A DNA stretch of 37,316 nucleotides from the NCBI GenBank assembly GCA_030754595.1, contig JASLZZ010000131.1, forward strand, positions 1 through 37,316, in the 5' to 3' direction. Within the stretch, counting starts at the first letter, position 1; every line of letters starts with the position of its first letter. Shown here piece by piece: positions 8,338 through 18,263 of the stretch. This DNA comes from Nitrospinota bacterium (GTDB lineage: Bacteria; UBA8248). The notes below the pieces were generated by a model. The model saw nothing but the letters and a program-made list of their open reading frames with translations, had not been told where the DNA came from and made no database searches. The position numbers and the translations under genes are program-made.

Positions 8338-10761
8338 TTATGGCGCCGACTGATCTGACGGGGTCTGTGATGGCATTTGGGATTCGAGGCCGATGGCCAT
8401 GGCCTCCTCCTCGGTGAGCTTGTAGGCCTTCCCGTGGAAGCCTCGGAGCATGTAGCCGCCGAAGCCCCCGTCGAGGAAGGGGTCCTTGTTCGGGGTGATG
8501 GCGTTCGCGTTCGAGCGGAAGGCGCCGTAGAGGTGGGGCAGGGCGGCCTCCTCCTCGGGGAACCACCAGCCGTGCTCGAGGTGGAGCAGCCGGGGGTCCA
8601 TGCCGTCAAAAAGCTTGGCCCGCTGGGCGCAGCGCCCGCGCGGGGTCTCGACGCAGATCCAGTCCCCGGCCTTGATGCCGAGCTCTTTCGCCGTCTCGGG
8701 GTGTATCTGGGTCCGGGGCTCGGGATGAATTTTTCTGAGCGTCTTGACCTGCCTGTGCTGGGAGTGAAAGAAGTTGGGCAGCCGCCCGCCGGTGATGATG
8801 GTGAAGGGATAATCTCCGGCCTTCTCGTCGCCGGAGATGTCCACGCTGTCCGCGCCCTCGGGAGGCGCGATGTAGTGGGGCAGCGGGTCGTAGCCTTTTC
8901 TCTGCCATACGGTCGAGAAAATCTCGGCCCGACCGGTGGCCGTCGGGAAACCGCCCCCCTTCCGGTAGTAGTCGCTCTCGTGTTTTTGGTACTCAATGCC
9001 GTCGAAGGCGCCGCCCGCCTTGAGGACGTCGTCCCAGTTCATACCGCTCTCGTGCAGCCGCTCCTTGAAGAACTCGACCACGTTGCGCCAGGGCCAGTCT
9101 TGGGCGCGGCCCATTTTTCCCAGGATGTCGCCCAGGACCTCGAACTCGTCCCTCACCTCGCCCAGGGGCTCGACGGCCCGCTGGCAGCTGACGTTCCCGT
9201 AGGGGCCGTAGCCGTGGGTTTCCATGAGCCGCTCTTTTTCAAAGTGCGTCGGCGCGGGCAGAACGATGTCGGCGAGCTGGGCCGAGGGGGTCATGAACAG
9301 ATCGACCGCCATGTGAAAATCGAGCGCCATCAGGGCGTCGAAGACCTCGCGCGAGTTGCTCCAGGTCATGATCGGGTTGCCGCCGACGTTCACCCAGGCG
9401 CGGACGGGATAGGGATCGCCCGTCAGGATGGCCTTGAGGACGGCCGGGTTGTTGGCGTAGCGCTTGGTCAAGAGCCCGGCGCAGAGGCGGAATCGGTCGG
9501 CGCCGAGCTGGTTTTCGTAGGCCTCGTCGGGAAGTGACTCGCCGTATTTGTCGGTGAAGGTGCGGCAGCCCTCGTAGGAGGGGGCGGGGTGCATGTTTCC
9601 GCCGGGAACGTCGATGTTTCCGGTGATGCACTCGAGGATCATGCAGGCGCGGGCGTTCTGGTGCGCCGAAATGCACATGTCGATCCCGACCCCCCAGGCC
9701 AGGGCGGCGGGCTTGGTCCGGGCGTAGAGCCGGGCGGCCTCGCGGACATCGTCTGGCTTGACCCAGGTGATCGCCTCGGCCTCGGCCGGGGCGTAGCGGG
9801 CACAGCGCTCCTTTAATAGCTGCCAGACCGTCTTGCAGGCCTTTCCGTTGACATCGTAGCCGCCCTCGAGCGCGGGTTGCACATGGGGGCTCTCCGCCGG
9901 AGCGGCGCACTGGGCGGCCTTGTCCCATACGAGATAGCCGCCGGTGTTGTCCCGGCCGCCGGCGCTGTCCCGAAAAAGCTCCCCGGAGTCCAGGTCCACG
10001 AGGAAGGGGGCGTTGGACCGCCGCTCGACGAAATTAACGTCGTACAGTTTCTCCTCGATGATGACGTGAATCATGCTCATGCCGAGGACGGCGTCGGTGC
10101 CCGGGCGGACTCTGAGCCAAACGTCGGCCTTGCGCGCGAGGGCGGTTCGCCGGGGATCGATGACAATGGTCTTGCCCCCGCGCTTGACGTGGGCGAGCGC
10201 CTTCCAGCCGAGGATGGAGTTGTGGTGGGTGATCTCGGGTTGATCCCCCCAAAGGAGGAGACAGGCGGGCTCGCCCTCGTAGTCGGGCGAGTAGTAGTTG
10301 CCCAGCGTGGCGTTCGAGGCGGCGCGGCGCGGCAGCATGCACTGCGCCCGGCCGGGGCCGGTGCGGTTGGTGCTGCCCAGGTTGAGCAGGAACAGATCGA
10401 CTATCCAGGCCACCTCGTCGGCCTTGGTGCCGTCTCCGCCGGTGATGGCGAGGGGGCCGTGGCGATCGATGATTTTGCCCAGCTCCCGGGCGCAGGTGTC
10501 GATGGCCTCGTCCCAGCCGATCCGCTTCCATTTGTTCTCGCCGCGGGCGCCGGCCCGCTTCAGGGGGTGGAGCAGGCGGTCCGGGTGGTAGAGCACCTCA
10601 AGCCCCGCCCGGCCTTTCACGCAGAGCTCGCCCTTGTTGTTGGGATGATCGGGGTCGCCCTCGACCCGAACGGCGCGGCCCCCCTCGGTGTGAACGAGAA
10701 TCCCGCAGCCGCCTTGACAGAAAAAACAGCCCGACTTCACGATGCCTTTGCCCGGGGTCAT
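8338..10761 (-). CDS. Molybdopterin (Mo/W-bis-PGD) oxidoreductase, DMSO reductase family, acetylene-hydratase-like
   Basis: N-terminal CxxCxxxC...LCVKG 4Fe-4S site, HPDRLLHPLKR, VRPGTD, ADIVLP, and a C-terminal molydop-binding domain (FHSQHRQ, IHPETA, HGWW); AAGGAG RBS; no TAT signal. Confidence 0.9.
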   Translation of the reverse strand: MTPGKGIVKSGCFFCQGGCGILVHTEGGRAVRVEGDPDHPNNKGELCVKGRAGLEVLYHPDRLLHPLKRAGARGENKWKRIGWDEAIDTCARELGKIIDRHGPLAITGGDGTKADEVAWIVDLFLLNLGSTNRTGPGRAQCMLPRRAASNATLGNYYSPDYEGEPACLLLWGDQPEITHHNSILGWKALAHVKRGGKTIVIDPRRTALARKADVWLRVRPGTDAVLGMSMIHVIIEEKLYDVNFVERRSNAPFLVDLDSGELFRDSAGGRDNTGGYLVWDKAAQCAAPAESPHVQPALEGGYDVNGKACKTVWQLLKERCARYAPAEAEAITWVKPDDVREAARLYARTKPAALAWGVGIDMCISAHQNARACMILECITGNIDVPGGNMHPAPSYEGCRTFTDKYGESLPDEAYENQLGADRFRLCAGLLTKRYANNPAVLKAILTGDPYPVRAWVNVGGNPIMTWSNSREVFDALMALDFHMAVDLFMTPSAQLADIVLPAPTHFEKERLMETHGYGPYGNVSCQRAVEPLGEVRDEFEVLGDILGKMGRAQDWPWRNVVEFFKERLHESGMNWDDVLKAGGAFDGIEYQKHESDYYRKGGGFPTATGRAEIFSTVWQRKGYDPLPHYIAPPEGADSVDISGDEKAGDYPFTIITGGRLPNFFHSQHRQVKTLRKIHPEPRTQIHPETAKELGIKAGDWICVETPRGRCAQRAKLFDGMDPRLLHLEHGWWFPEEEAALPHLYGAFRSNANAITPNKDPFLDGGFGGYMLRGFHGKAYKLTEEEAMAIGLESQMPSQTPSDQSAP

Positions 10762-10957
10762 AGAGAGATTTCTCCTTAGGGATTCAAGCTGAAATCGGTT
10801 GAGAGAGGGTAGAGGCCATTATTAAGAGTAAGTAGTCTTTATCTAGAGTTTTGTCAACTTTCGGACAGCCGGAATTGGTTTCGCCGTGTTCTCGATTTTC
10901 GAGGTTTTGTGCTTTACTGGGCGCTCTGGCATTTCCTTTAAAGGAGACCCGGCGTTC

Positions 10958-12675
10958 ATGGCCGATGCCACCGGTAGGCAGCGCCGAGAACAAGTGGGAG
11001 CGGACGGGCAGGGAGAGGCGGCGCGCCCCGGAGGAGACACGGTTCGCCGGGTTCGGCTCTGGGCCGGTCTGATCGTTTTTGTCTTTCTCGCCACCCACCT
11101 TCTCAATCACGCTCTTGGCCTGATTTCGATCGGGGCGTTGGACGCGGGCCGAAGGTGGTTCCTCGTCTTTTGGCGCAGTTGGCCCGGAACCATCCTTCTT
11201 TACGGCTCGCTCGCCGTCCATCTGACGCTCGCGCTGGTTTCGATCTACCGCCGGCCGCATCTGCGGATGCCGGTCTGAGAGGCGGGGCAGATTATCCTCG
11301 GGCTGGCGATTCCGCTGATCCTCATCGCTCATGTGATCGGTACAAGATTCGCCTACGAGTGGTTCGGGGCGGAGGACTCCTACGCACGGATGATTCTCCT
11401 TTACTGGATATGGGTTCCCTACATCGGGGCGAAGCAGGCGTTGTTGCTGGCCATCGGCTGGGGGCACGGCTGCACCGGCCTCCACTACTGGCTCAGGCTC
11501 AAGCCCTGGTATCCGAGATGGTTCCCGGCCCTTCTGGCGGCGGCGGTCCTGGTCGCGGTTCTGGCGTTGCTCGGGTTCAGTCAGGCGGGCCGGGAGTACA
11601 CCCGGCTTAATCAACAGCCCGGTTGGTCGGTGCAATTGGTGGAGGCGACGAGGGCGCCGAGCCGGGCGGAGAATGCCTTTATCATCCGGGCGATCGATGG
11701 GGTCTGGTACGGATACGTTCTCCTGTTGGCGCTTGTGCTGGCCGCCCGGGGGGTGCGGTGCGCGTCATTTATCCGGGCGGGCGGGAGATTCTCGCCCCGG
11801 CGGGGGTGAGTGTCCTCGAGGCGAGCCGCCAGGCGGGGGTTCCCCACGCCTCGGTGTGCGGGGGGCGGGGGCGCTGCTCGACCTGCCGGGTCCGGGTGCT
11901 CAAGGGGATTGAGGGACTGGAGGCGGCCTCCCCGGCGGAGCAGGGGGTACTCGACCGCATCGGCGCGCCGCCGAACGTCCGGCTGGCCTGTCAGATTCGG
12001 CCGGCCGAGGAGATATCGATCTACCCGGTTCTCTCCCCAGAGGCTCAGGCGGGCGCCGGGGCGGACCAGCCCGGCTATTCCGGGGGCCAGGACCGGGAGA
12101 TCACCGTCTTGTTCGCCGACATCCGGGGGTTCACCACCTTTTCGGAGAAAAAGCTTCCCTACGATGTGGTTTTCTTTCTGAACCACTATTTCGAGGTGAT
12201 GGGCGATGCGATCGACGGCGCCGGCGACACTGTAAACCAATTCACCGGGGACGGGGTGATGGCGTTGTTCGGGATGGACGGGGGTTCTGAGGAGGGGAGC
12301 CGGCATGCGCTCGCCGCGGCGGGAGCGATGGCCGAGGGACTCCGGGAGATGAACGAAAGCCTGGCCGAGGAGATGGAAGCTCCGCTGCGGATCGGCATCG
12401 GCATCCACACCGGTCCGGCGATGGTTGGCCGGATGGGCCGGGGGGAAGCGCTCTACCTGACGGCGGTCGGCGACACGGTGAACACCGCCAGCAGGCTCCA
12501 GGACCTCGCCAAGGAGTACAGCTGCCAGCTCATCGTCTCGGCCCAGGCGACCGAGAGCGCCGGGTTCGATGCCACCGGCTTTCCCCGGCACGAACTCACT
12601 GTCCGGAACCGCACCGAGCTCATCGTCATCCGCGCCATCGGGGATGTGAGGGATATTCAGGGCGGCGGGAGTTGA
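10958..12675 (+). pseudogene. Membrane-anchored class III adenylate/guanylate cyclase with a 2Fe-2S ferredoxin domain, disrupted
   Basis: TM region (HLLNHALG), CGGRGRCSTC...RLACQ, LFADIRGFT, FTGDGVMALFG, IGIGIHTG, VGDTVNTASRLQ; in-frame TGA at 11276-11278 and a frameshift near 11755. Confidence 0.8.
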
Positions 12676-12814
12676 GGCACTGGAAAGCTGAGGCCGTGAG
12701 AGTCGAGGCGATTTAGCCCCCGCCCGGCACGTATCGCGGCGGTGAGAAATTCCCCCTATAATCGAGACTGTGTAATCGAGACCGTAGCGGGCGACGTTCA
12801 AGCCGGAATTTTTC

Positions 12815-12851
12815 GCGGCCAGAGGTTGCGGCCAGAGGTTGCGGCCAGAGG
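12815..12851 (+). repeat. 13-bp tandem repeat (about 2.8 copies) in the mqnC leader
   Basis: GCGGCCAGAGGTT GCGGCCAGAGGTT GCGGCCAGAGG, ending 6 nt before the ATG at 12858. Confidence 0.9.
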
Positions 12852-12857
12852 GAAGAG

Positions 12858-13937
12858 ATGATCACGGCGACAACGGCGTTCTACGAGGCGCTTGAAAAAG
12901 GGGCGGCGGGCGAGCGGCTCTCCCGCGAGGAGGGTCTCGCGCTGCTCGAAGGCGGGGACCTCACCGCCCTCAGCGCGGCGGCGGACGAGGTTCGCGCCCG
13001 AAAACACCCCGAGGGCTTCGCCACCTACTGCATCGACCGGAACATCAATTATACGAACGTCTGCGATGTTTACTGTACATTTTGCGCTTTCTACCGCCCG
13101 CCGGGGGAGCATCCCGAGAGCTACGTCCTCTCGCGCGATCGTATCCGCGAGAAGATCGACGGCCTCTACGCCGCCGGCGGCCATCAGGTCCTCCTCCAGG
13201 GCGGGCACCACCCTGACCTGCGGATCGAGTGGTACGAGGAGCTGTTCCGCTGGATGAAGGCGGGTTATCCGGATCTCCACATCCACGCCCTGAGCCCCCC
13301 CGAAATTCACCACATCTCCAAACTCGAGGACATGCCCTACGAGCGGGTGATCGCCCGGCTGCGGGCGGCGGGCCTCGATTCGATACCGGGCGGCGGCGGC
13401 GAGATACTGGTGGACCGCGTACGCCGCAAGATCGCCCGCCTCAAGGTGGATGCGGAGGGATGGCTCGACGTGATGCGTCAGGCTCACCGGCTCGGCCTCC
13501 GCACCTCGGCGACGATGATGTTTGGCCACGTCGAGACCCCCGGGGAGCGGATCGAGCATCTGGACCGCCTCCGCTGCCTTCAGGACGAAACCGGCGGTTT
13601 CACCGCGTTCATCTGCTGGACGTTTCAGAACGACGGCTCGGCGGCGCTCAAGGCGCCGGCCGTGGGCAGCAGCGAGTACCTGCGCACGCTCGCCATCAGC
13701 CGCCTCTATCTGGACAATTTCGACAACGTGCAGTCCTCGTGGGTGACGCAGGGGATGAAGGTCGGCGAGCTTTCCCTGCGCTTCGGGGCGAACGACATGG
13801 GTTCGACGATGCTTGAGGAAAATGTGGTAAGTTCGGCGGGTACGGCGTTTTGCATGAACGAGGCCGATCTTCACCGGATGGCCGCGGCGGCGGGTTTCAC
13901 CCCCCGGCGGCGGAACTTTTTCTATGAGCTGATTTGA
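12858..13937 (+). CDS. mqnC: Cyclic dehypoxanthine futalosine synthase MqnC
   Basis: DRNINYTNVCDVYCTFCAF, LLQGGHHP, SATMMFGHVE, FTAFICWTFQ, NVQSSWVTQG, GANDMGSTMLEENVV. Confidence 0.92.
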   Translation: MITATTAFYEALEKGAAGERLSREEGLALLEGGDLTALSAAADEVRARKHPEGFATYCIDRNINYTNVCDVYCTFCAFYRPPGEHPESYVLSRDRIREKIDGLYAAGGHQVLLQGGHHPDLRIEWYEELFRWMKAGYPDLHIHALSPPEIHHISKLEDMPYERVIARLRAAGLDSIPGGGGEILVDRVRRKIARLKVDAEGWLDVMRQAHRLGLRTSATMMFGHVETPGERIEHLDRLRCLQDETGGFTAFICWTFQNDGSAALKAPAVGSSEYLRTLAISRLYLDNFDNVQSSWVTQGMKVGELSLRFGANDMGSTMLEENVVSSAGTAFCMNEADLHRMAAAAGFTPRRRNFFYELI

Positions 13938-14185
13938 TGGCGAACGCGCTTGCCGTGATTCTCGGAATCGCTCTCGCGGTGGCGCTCCCCGGGTGGGGGG
14001 TGTTCATGCTGATCGCCTACGCCTGCCTGTGCGCCTGGGAGACCCGGCGTCTTAAAAACCGCCTCCAGCTGAACGATTGGCACTGGGAGCACGAACTCGC
14101 CAGCCTCCGGAGCGCGGCCTACGCCTACAAGGCCGGATCGGGAGCCAGCTTTCTGAGGCCCCGTAGATTCCATGGACGCCGCTAG
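13937..14185 (+). CDS. Small membrane protein translationally coupled to mqnC
   Basis: TGATG stop/start overlap with mqnC; hydrophobic N-terminus; overlaps the start of the next gene. Confidence 0.55.
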   Translation: MANALAVILGIALAVALPGWGVFMLIAYACLCAWETRRLKNRLQLNDWHWEHELASLRSAAYAYKAGSGASFLRPRRFHGRR

Positions 14186-15473
14186 CGGCCAGGGAAACGG
14201 CACCCGCTCGGAACCCCCCTCCTCCCAATTCCAGAAAATCTGGCGGGCCAATCTCGTCTGCCCGGCCGAGGGGCCTCCGATTCGCGGCGGCGCGGTCCTC
14301 ACCCGGGGCGCTCGCGTCGAGGCGGTCGGGCCGGCGGAGGAGATTTACCCGGCCGGTCGGCCGGTCTCCGACATCGATTTCGGCGCCGCCGTTCTCATCC
14401 CCGGCCTGGTGAACGCACACACTCATATCGAGTTGAGCGGACTCGAGATCGACCCCTCGACGATGGGGGAGTGGATCGTTCGCCTGGTTCGAGAGGTGCG
14501 CGAATGGCCCCCCCATCTTTTTCTCTCATCCTCCCGGCTCGGGGTGTCCGCTTCCCTCGAGGCAGGCGTGACCTGCGTGGGCGATATTTCGGCTTCGGGC
14601 CAAAGCCGCCGGATACTCTCCGACATGGGGATGCGCGGGGTGATTTTTCGCGAGGTGCTGGGCCTGGTCCCGGGCGATGCGGATTCGATAGTCGCAGATT
14701 CGATTTTCGAGAAAAGGGCCACCCAGCCGGGGGAGGGGGGCGGCGGCGCCCTCAGGACCGGGATGAGCCCCCACGCGCCCTACACGGCGTCGCTTGCCCT
14801 CTACCGCGCGGTCATCGGGGCTGCCGGTGCGAAAGGCTGGCCCACCGCGACCCACCTCGCCGAAAGCCCCGAGGAGTCGCGCTTTCTCGACGACGGGGGC
14901 GGTCCCTTCGCCGAGGTGCACAAGGCGCTCGACAGCCCCGCCGAGGGCTTCGAACCGCCCGGCCTCTCCCCCGTCCGGTATTTATCGGAGGGTGAAGTGC
15001 TGGGCGGGATCGACCTTGCGGTCCACTGCAACCAGACCGGCGAGGAGGAATGGGCCCTCCTCTCGCGGGCAGGCGCCGCCGTCTGTCTTTGCCCGCGCTC
15101 AGCCGCGTTTTTCGGACACCCCTTCGCCGATGCCGCGGGGATGCGCCGAGCCGGGGTCAGGCTGTGCATCGGCACCGACAGCCGGGCGAGCAGCCCTTCG
15201 CTCTCGGTGCTCGAGGAGGCCGCCGCCCTTTGGGAGGCGGACCCGGAGTTGACGGCGGAGGCGCTTCTCGAGATTTGCACCGCGAACGGGGCCAAGGCGC
15301 TGGGTTTCGCCGGGGAGGGCGCGGGGGTAATTACTCCCGGCGGGACGGCTGATCTGGCCGTGGTCGAGCCCCCGCCCGGCGAGCCGGCCGAGCTTGACCG
15401 GATATTCCGCCCCGGCGCCAGCGTTCGCACAACGATTTCGGGCGGAATCATCCGGTATGAGCGCGGGGGGTAA
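14172..15473 (+). CDS. Amidohydrolase (COG0402-type), probable aminodeoxyfutalosine deaminase
   Basis: PGLVNAHTHIELS, SPHAPYT, THLAES, VHC, GTDSRAS; the specific activity is inferred from the operon with mqnC. Confidence 0.7.
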   Translation: MDAASGQGNGTRSEPPSSQFQKIWRANLVCPAEGPPIRGGAVLTRGARVEAVGPAEEIYPAGRPVSDIDFGAAVLIPGLVNAHTHIELSGLEIDPSTMGEWIVRLVREVREWPPHLFLSSSRLGVSASLEAGVTCVGDISASGQSRRILSDMGMRGVIFREVLGLVPGDADSIVADSIFEKRATQPGEGGGGALRTGMSPHAPYTASLALYRAVIGAAGAKGWPTATHLAESPEESRFLDDGGGPFAEVHKALDSPAEGFEPPGLSPVRYLSEGEVLGGIDLAVHCNQTGEEEWALLSRAGAAVCLCPRSAAFFGHPFADAAGMRRAGVRLCIGTDSRASSPSLSVLEEAAALWEADPELTAEALLEICTANGAKALGFAGEGAGVITPGGTADLAVVEPPPGEPAELDRIFRPGASVRTTISGGIIRYERGG

Positions 15474-15617
15474 GCCGCGGTTTCCATCCTTTCCCTTCGG
15501 GTTTAGAATGAGTCCATCACCGGGGCTTTAGGGTGATTCGGGTGATTTTCAACTGAAATTTTCCAACGGGCAACAAAAGCGTCTCTAAGGTAAGGAAATT
15601 TAAGGAAAGGAAATTAA

Positions 15618-16235
15618 ATGGCGACAAAGAAATCCGCAAAAGAGGTGATTTTCGATAACTCCAACTGGAAAACGCGCAAGCCCCGCTACGACGTGGCCGA
15701 GGCGAATTTCGGGCGCGTTCTCGCGGTGCGGATGGCGCCCGGCGACGATCTTTACGGGACGACTCTGAAGATCGTCAAGGAAAAAGGCATGAAGGCGGGG
15801 GTGATCATCAGCGTGGCGGCAAGCCTTCAGCGGGCGACGCTTAGAAACGTCTGGCAGTTCCCCAACCCCTGGCCGATTAAAGACGAGTGCCGGATATTCA
15901 CTCCGATCGAGGGACCGCTCGAGCTGCTTCAGATGAGCGGCAACATCACCCAGACCGAAAACGGCGAGCCCTACCTGCACGCCCACGCCACCATATCGAT
16001 GGGCCGCCCCGAGGCGACCTGCTTCGGCGGCCATCTGGTCGAGGGCTGCATCATCTTCAGCACCTGCGAGATGGTGATCGCCGAGATCGACAACCTCGCC
16101 TTCATGCGCATCATGGACAAGCAGACGAAGGTGGGCGAGGTCTACGGCATTCCGACCGGCGGAATGTCCAATGCGGAAATCAAGAAAGAGGTCGCCCGGC
16201 GGAAGGCGCGCCCGAGCGCTCACGGGAAAAAATAG
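15618..16235 (+). CDS. PPC-domain (DUF296) protein
   Basis: VRMAPGDDL, GPLELLQMSGNI, YLHAHATIS, FGGHL motifs; strong RBS. Confidence 0.85.
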   Translation: MATKKSAKEVIFDNSNWKTRKPRYDVAEANFGRVLAVRMAPGDDLYGTTLKIVKEKGMKAGVIISVAASLQRATLRNVWQFPNPWPIKDECRIFTPIEGPLELLQMSGNITQTENGEPYLHAHATISMGRPEATCFGGHLVEGCIIFSTCEMVIAEIDNLAFMRIMDKQTKVGEVYGIPTGGMSNAEIKKEVARRKARPSAHGKK

Positions 16236-16237
16236 AT

Positions 16238-16906
16238 TTGATCTCTCCCGAACAGGTCAACTTCGTCCTCAGACTGATCGAGGCAGCCGTACTCGGCGGC
16301 CTCATCGGCCTGGAGCGCGAGCGCAACAACCAGCCCGCCGGGCTCCGCACCCACATCATCCTGTGCCTCGGCTCCGCCCTGATTATGGAGGTGTCGCTCC
16401 GGATCGGAGCGTTGACCCCGACGGGAGACCCCGGCCGCATCGCGGCCCAGGTCGTCACCGGTATCGGGTTCCTGGGCGCGGGGGCGATCATGCGGATGGG
16501 GGCCTCGGTCCGGGGGCTGACGACGGCGGCGAGCATTTGGACGACGGCGGGAATCGGCCTGGCGGTCGGAGCGGGCTACCACCTCGAAGCGGTTTCGGTG
16601 GTGGTGATCATGCTCCTCTCGTTGTCCCTTCTCAAGAAAGTCGGCCGCAGCCTCTCGGGCCGCCGCCGCTTCAAAATTATCGAGATCGAGGTGAGCGGGG
16701 CGGACGAGGAAATTATTATCCAGGAACTCGAAGACATTCTCTCGAAAGAGCGGTGCAATGTGCGCGAGATGGACGTGAAAAAAAATTCCGACAACGGTTC
16801 GATGGTAATCCGCGCGCAAGTCACCGCGCCGGGGGATTTCGACCCCCCCCGGCTGGTGGAGCAGCTTACCCGGCGGGCCGATGTCGTCCGCGCCGAGGTG
16901 CGCTAG
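16238..16906 (+). CDS. MgtC/SapB family protein
   Basis: IGLERE, PAGLRTH, DPGRIAAQVVTGIGFLGAG, GLTTAASIW; TTG start 2 nt after the upstream stop. Confidence 0.9.
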   Translation: MISPEQVNFVLRLIEAAVLGGLIGLERERNNQPAGLRTHIILCLGSALIMEVSLRIGALTPTGDPGRIAAQVVTGIGFLGAGAIMRMGASVRGLTTAASIWTTAGIGLAVGAGYHLEAVSVVVIMLLSLSLLKKVGRSLSGRRRFKIIEIEVSGADEEIIIQELEDILSKERCNVREMDVKKNSDNGSMVIRAQVTAPGDFDPPRLVEQLTRRADVVRAEVR

Positions 16907-16963
16907 AGCCGGACCTCCCGGAATCCCTCGCCGCTACACTTTCTTATACTTCAGCGAGTCCTG

Positions 16964-17224
16964 TTACTTCAGCGAATCCTTGTAGCGCTGGTTCATGCTC
17001 TGTCCGATCCCGGCCATGACGGCGGTGGTGAGATCGAACGTGGCGTCGAGGACATCCTCGGCGATGCCCGCTTTCCCGGCGGCCGCCAGGCGGTGGTCCA
17101 CTCAGGGCTGGCAGTTTCGTACGATGGCGACGGCTATCCCGATGAGTTTTTTCTCGCGGTCGGTCAAAAGCTCCGTGGCGTGTGCGTCGCGGTAGTATTT
17201 CCTAAAATCGGCTCTGTCGCTCAT
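16964..17224 (-). CDS. Carboxymuconolactone decarboxylase (CMD)/AhpD-like selenoprotein (CxxU; 86 aa), absent from the ORF track
   Basis: Manual translation: MSDRADFRKYYRDAHATELLTDREKKLIGIAVAIVRNCQP-U-VDHRLAAAGKAGIAEDVLDATFDLTTAVMAGIGQSMNQRYKDSLK-TAA; GGAGAG RBS; TGA at 17104-17102 is codon 41. Confidence 0.85.
17066..17083 (-). promoter_or_regulatory. Candidate SECIS element of the CMD/AhpD-like gene
   Basis: Minus strand GCCGC-CGGGAAA-GCG(G)GC; the loop begins 23 nt after the TGA with G in position 2; competing GC-rich folds are possible. Confidence 0.5.
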
Positions 17225-17371
17225 ATGGCTCTCCGTGGCGGACGAAAATTTGCGCCCGCCATGTTAGGGGGGATGGCCGCATTTTAAGGATACGGGCGGA
17301 TTATAATCAGCCGGAGCGTCTTCTCAAAACATCCGGCTGAAAATATCCACCTCATAACATCCGGAAAAACG

Positions 17372-18263
17372 ATGGATAATAAATCGCTGGGGTGGGGATT
17401 TTTCGCTGTCTTCTGCTGGGGAACGCTTGCGACAGCGGCGGGCGGGGCGCTCGAGAAGGCGCATCCGGCCTGGGTTCTGGGCGGCGCTTTTCTCGCCTCA
17501 TCGGCGGCGTTCGCATTATTGCCGCGATTGATGGGGCTTGAGCACGCGAGCGAGTCGCGCGAGGCGCGGGGGCGCTGGCGCGGGCGCCTGCTCGGGTTGT
17601 GGGGGCTGTTTTTCTTTCACGCATTTTATTTCGAGGCCATTCGCCGCGCCCCCATCGTCGAGGCGACGCTGATCAATTACCTCTGGCCGCTTCTTATCGT
17701 TCTCATGGCCTGGCTGGTGTTGCGCGAGCCGTTCCGCCCGGCGATTGCGGCCGGTGTCCTGCTCGGGGCGGCGGGCGCCGCGTTGGTCGTCGGGGGACAG
17801 TCGGCGAGTTTCGAGGCGAGGCACTTCCGGGGCTACGCGCTCGGGAGCGCGGCGGCGTGGTCGAGCTATACCGTGATGTTGCGAAGGTGGGTCGGCGGCC
17901 GGGAGTTTCTCCTTCCCGCCTCGATCTGGAGCGCCCTGCTTTCGGGGCTCTGGCTGGCGGCGGCGGGGTGGCCCGAGCCGCCTCCTCCCGAAACCTGGGG
18001 GGGCGATACTCTACCTCGGCGCGGTCGCCATCGGGGCCGCGATCCTGGCCTGGGACCGGGCGGTCTCGGGCGGAGAGGTCGCCGTCCTCGGGGCGATGGC
18101 CTACTTTGCGCCTTTTCTCTCGGTTTTTTTTCTCTGGCTTATCCTGGGAAAGCCCATCGGAGCGCCGGCGGCGGCCGGGATGGTCCTGATTGTCGCGGGG
18201 GGCGCCGCCGCGGCGTGGACGCCGACGGTGGCGGGAGGATCGGGCCGGGCGGGGGAGCGGTGA
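17372..18263 (+). pseudogene. DMT/EamA family transporter with one frameshift
   Basis: EATLINYLWPLLIVL motif; removing one G from the G7 run 17997-18003 restores WGAILYLG...AYFAPFLS...-TGA 18263. Confidence 0.75.

Noticed and set aside
11276..11278. In-frame TGA in the adenylate cyclase gene as Sec, or as evidence of genetic code 4/25
   Set aside because: The context RMPV-TGA-EAGQ matches a Trp position, not a Cys, and the gene has a second lesion. TGA is a normal stop for mqnE, mqnC and rluB, and Trp is TGG elsewhere.
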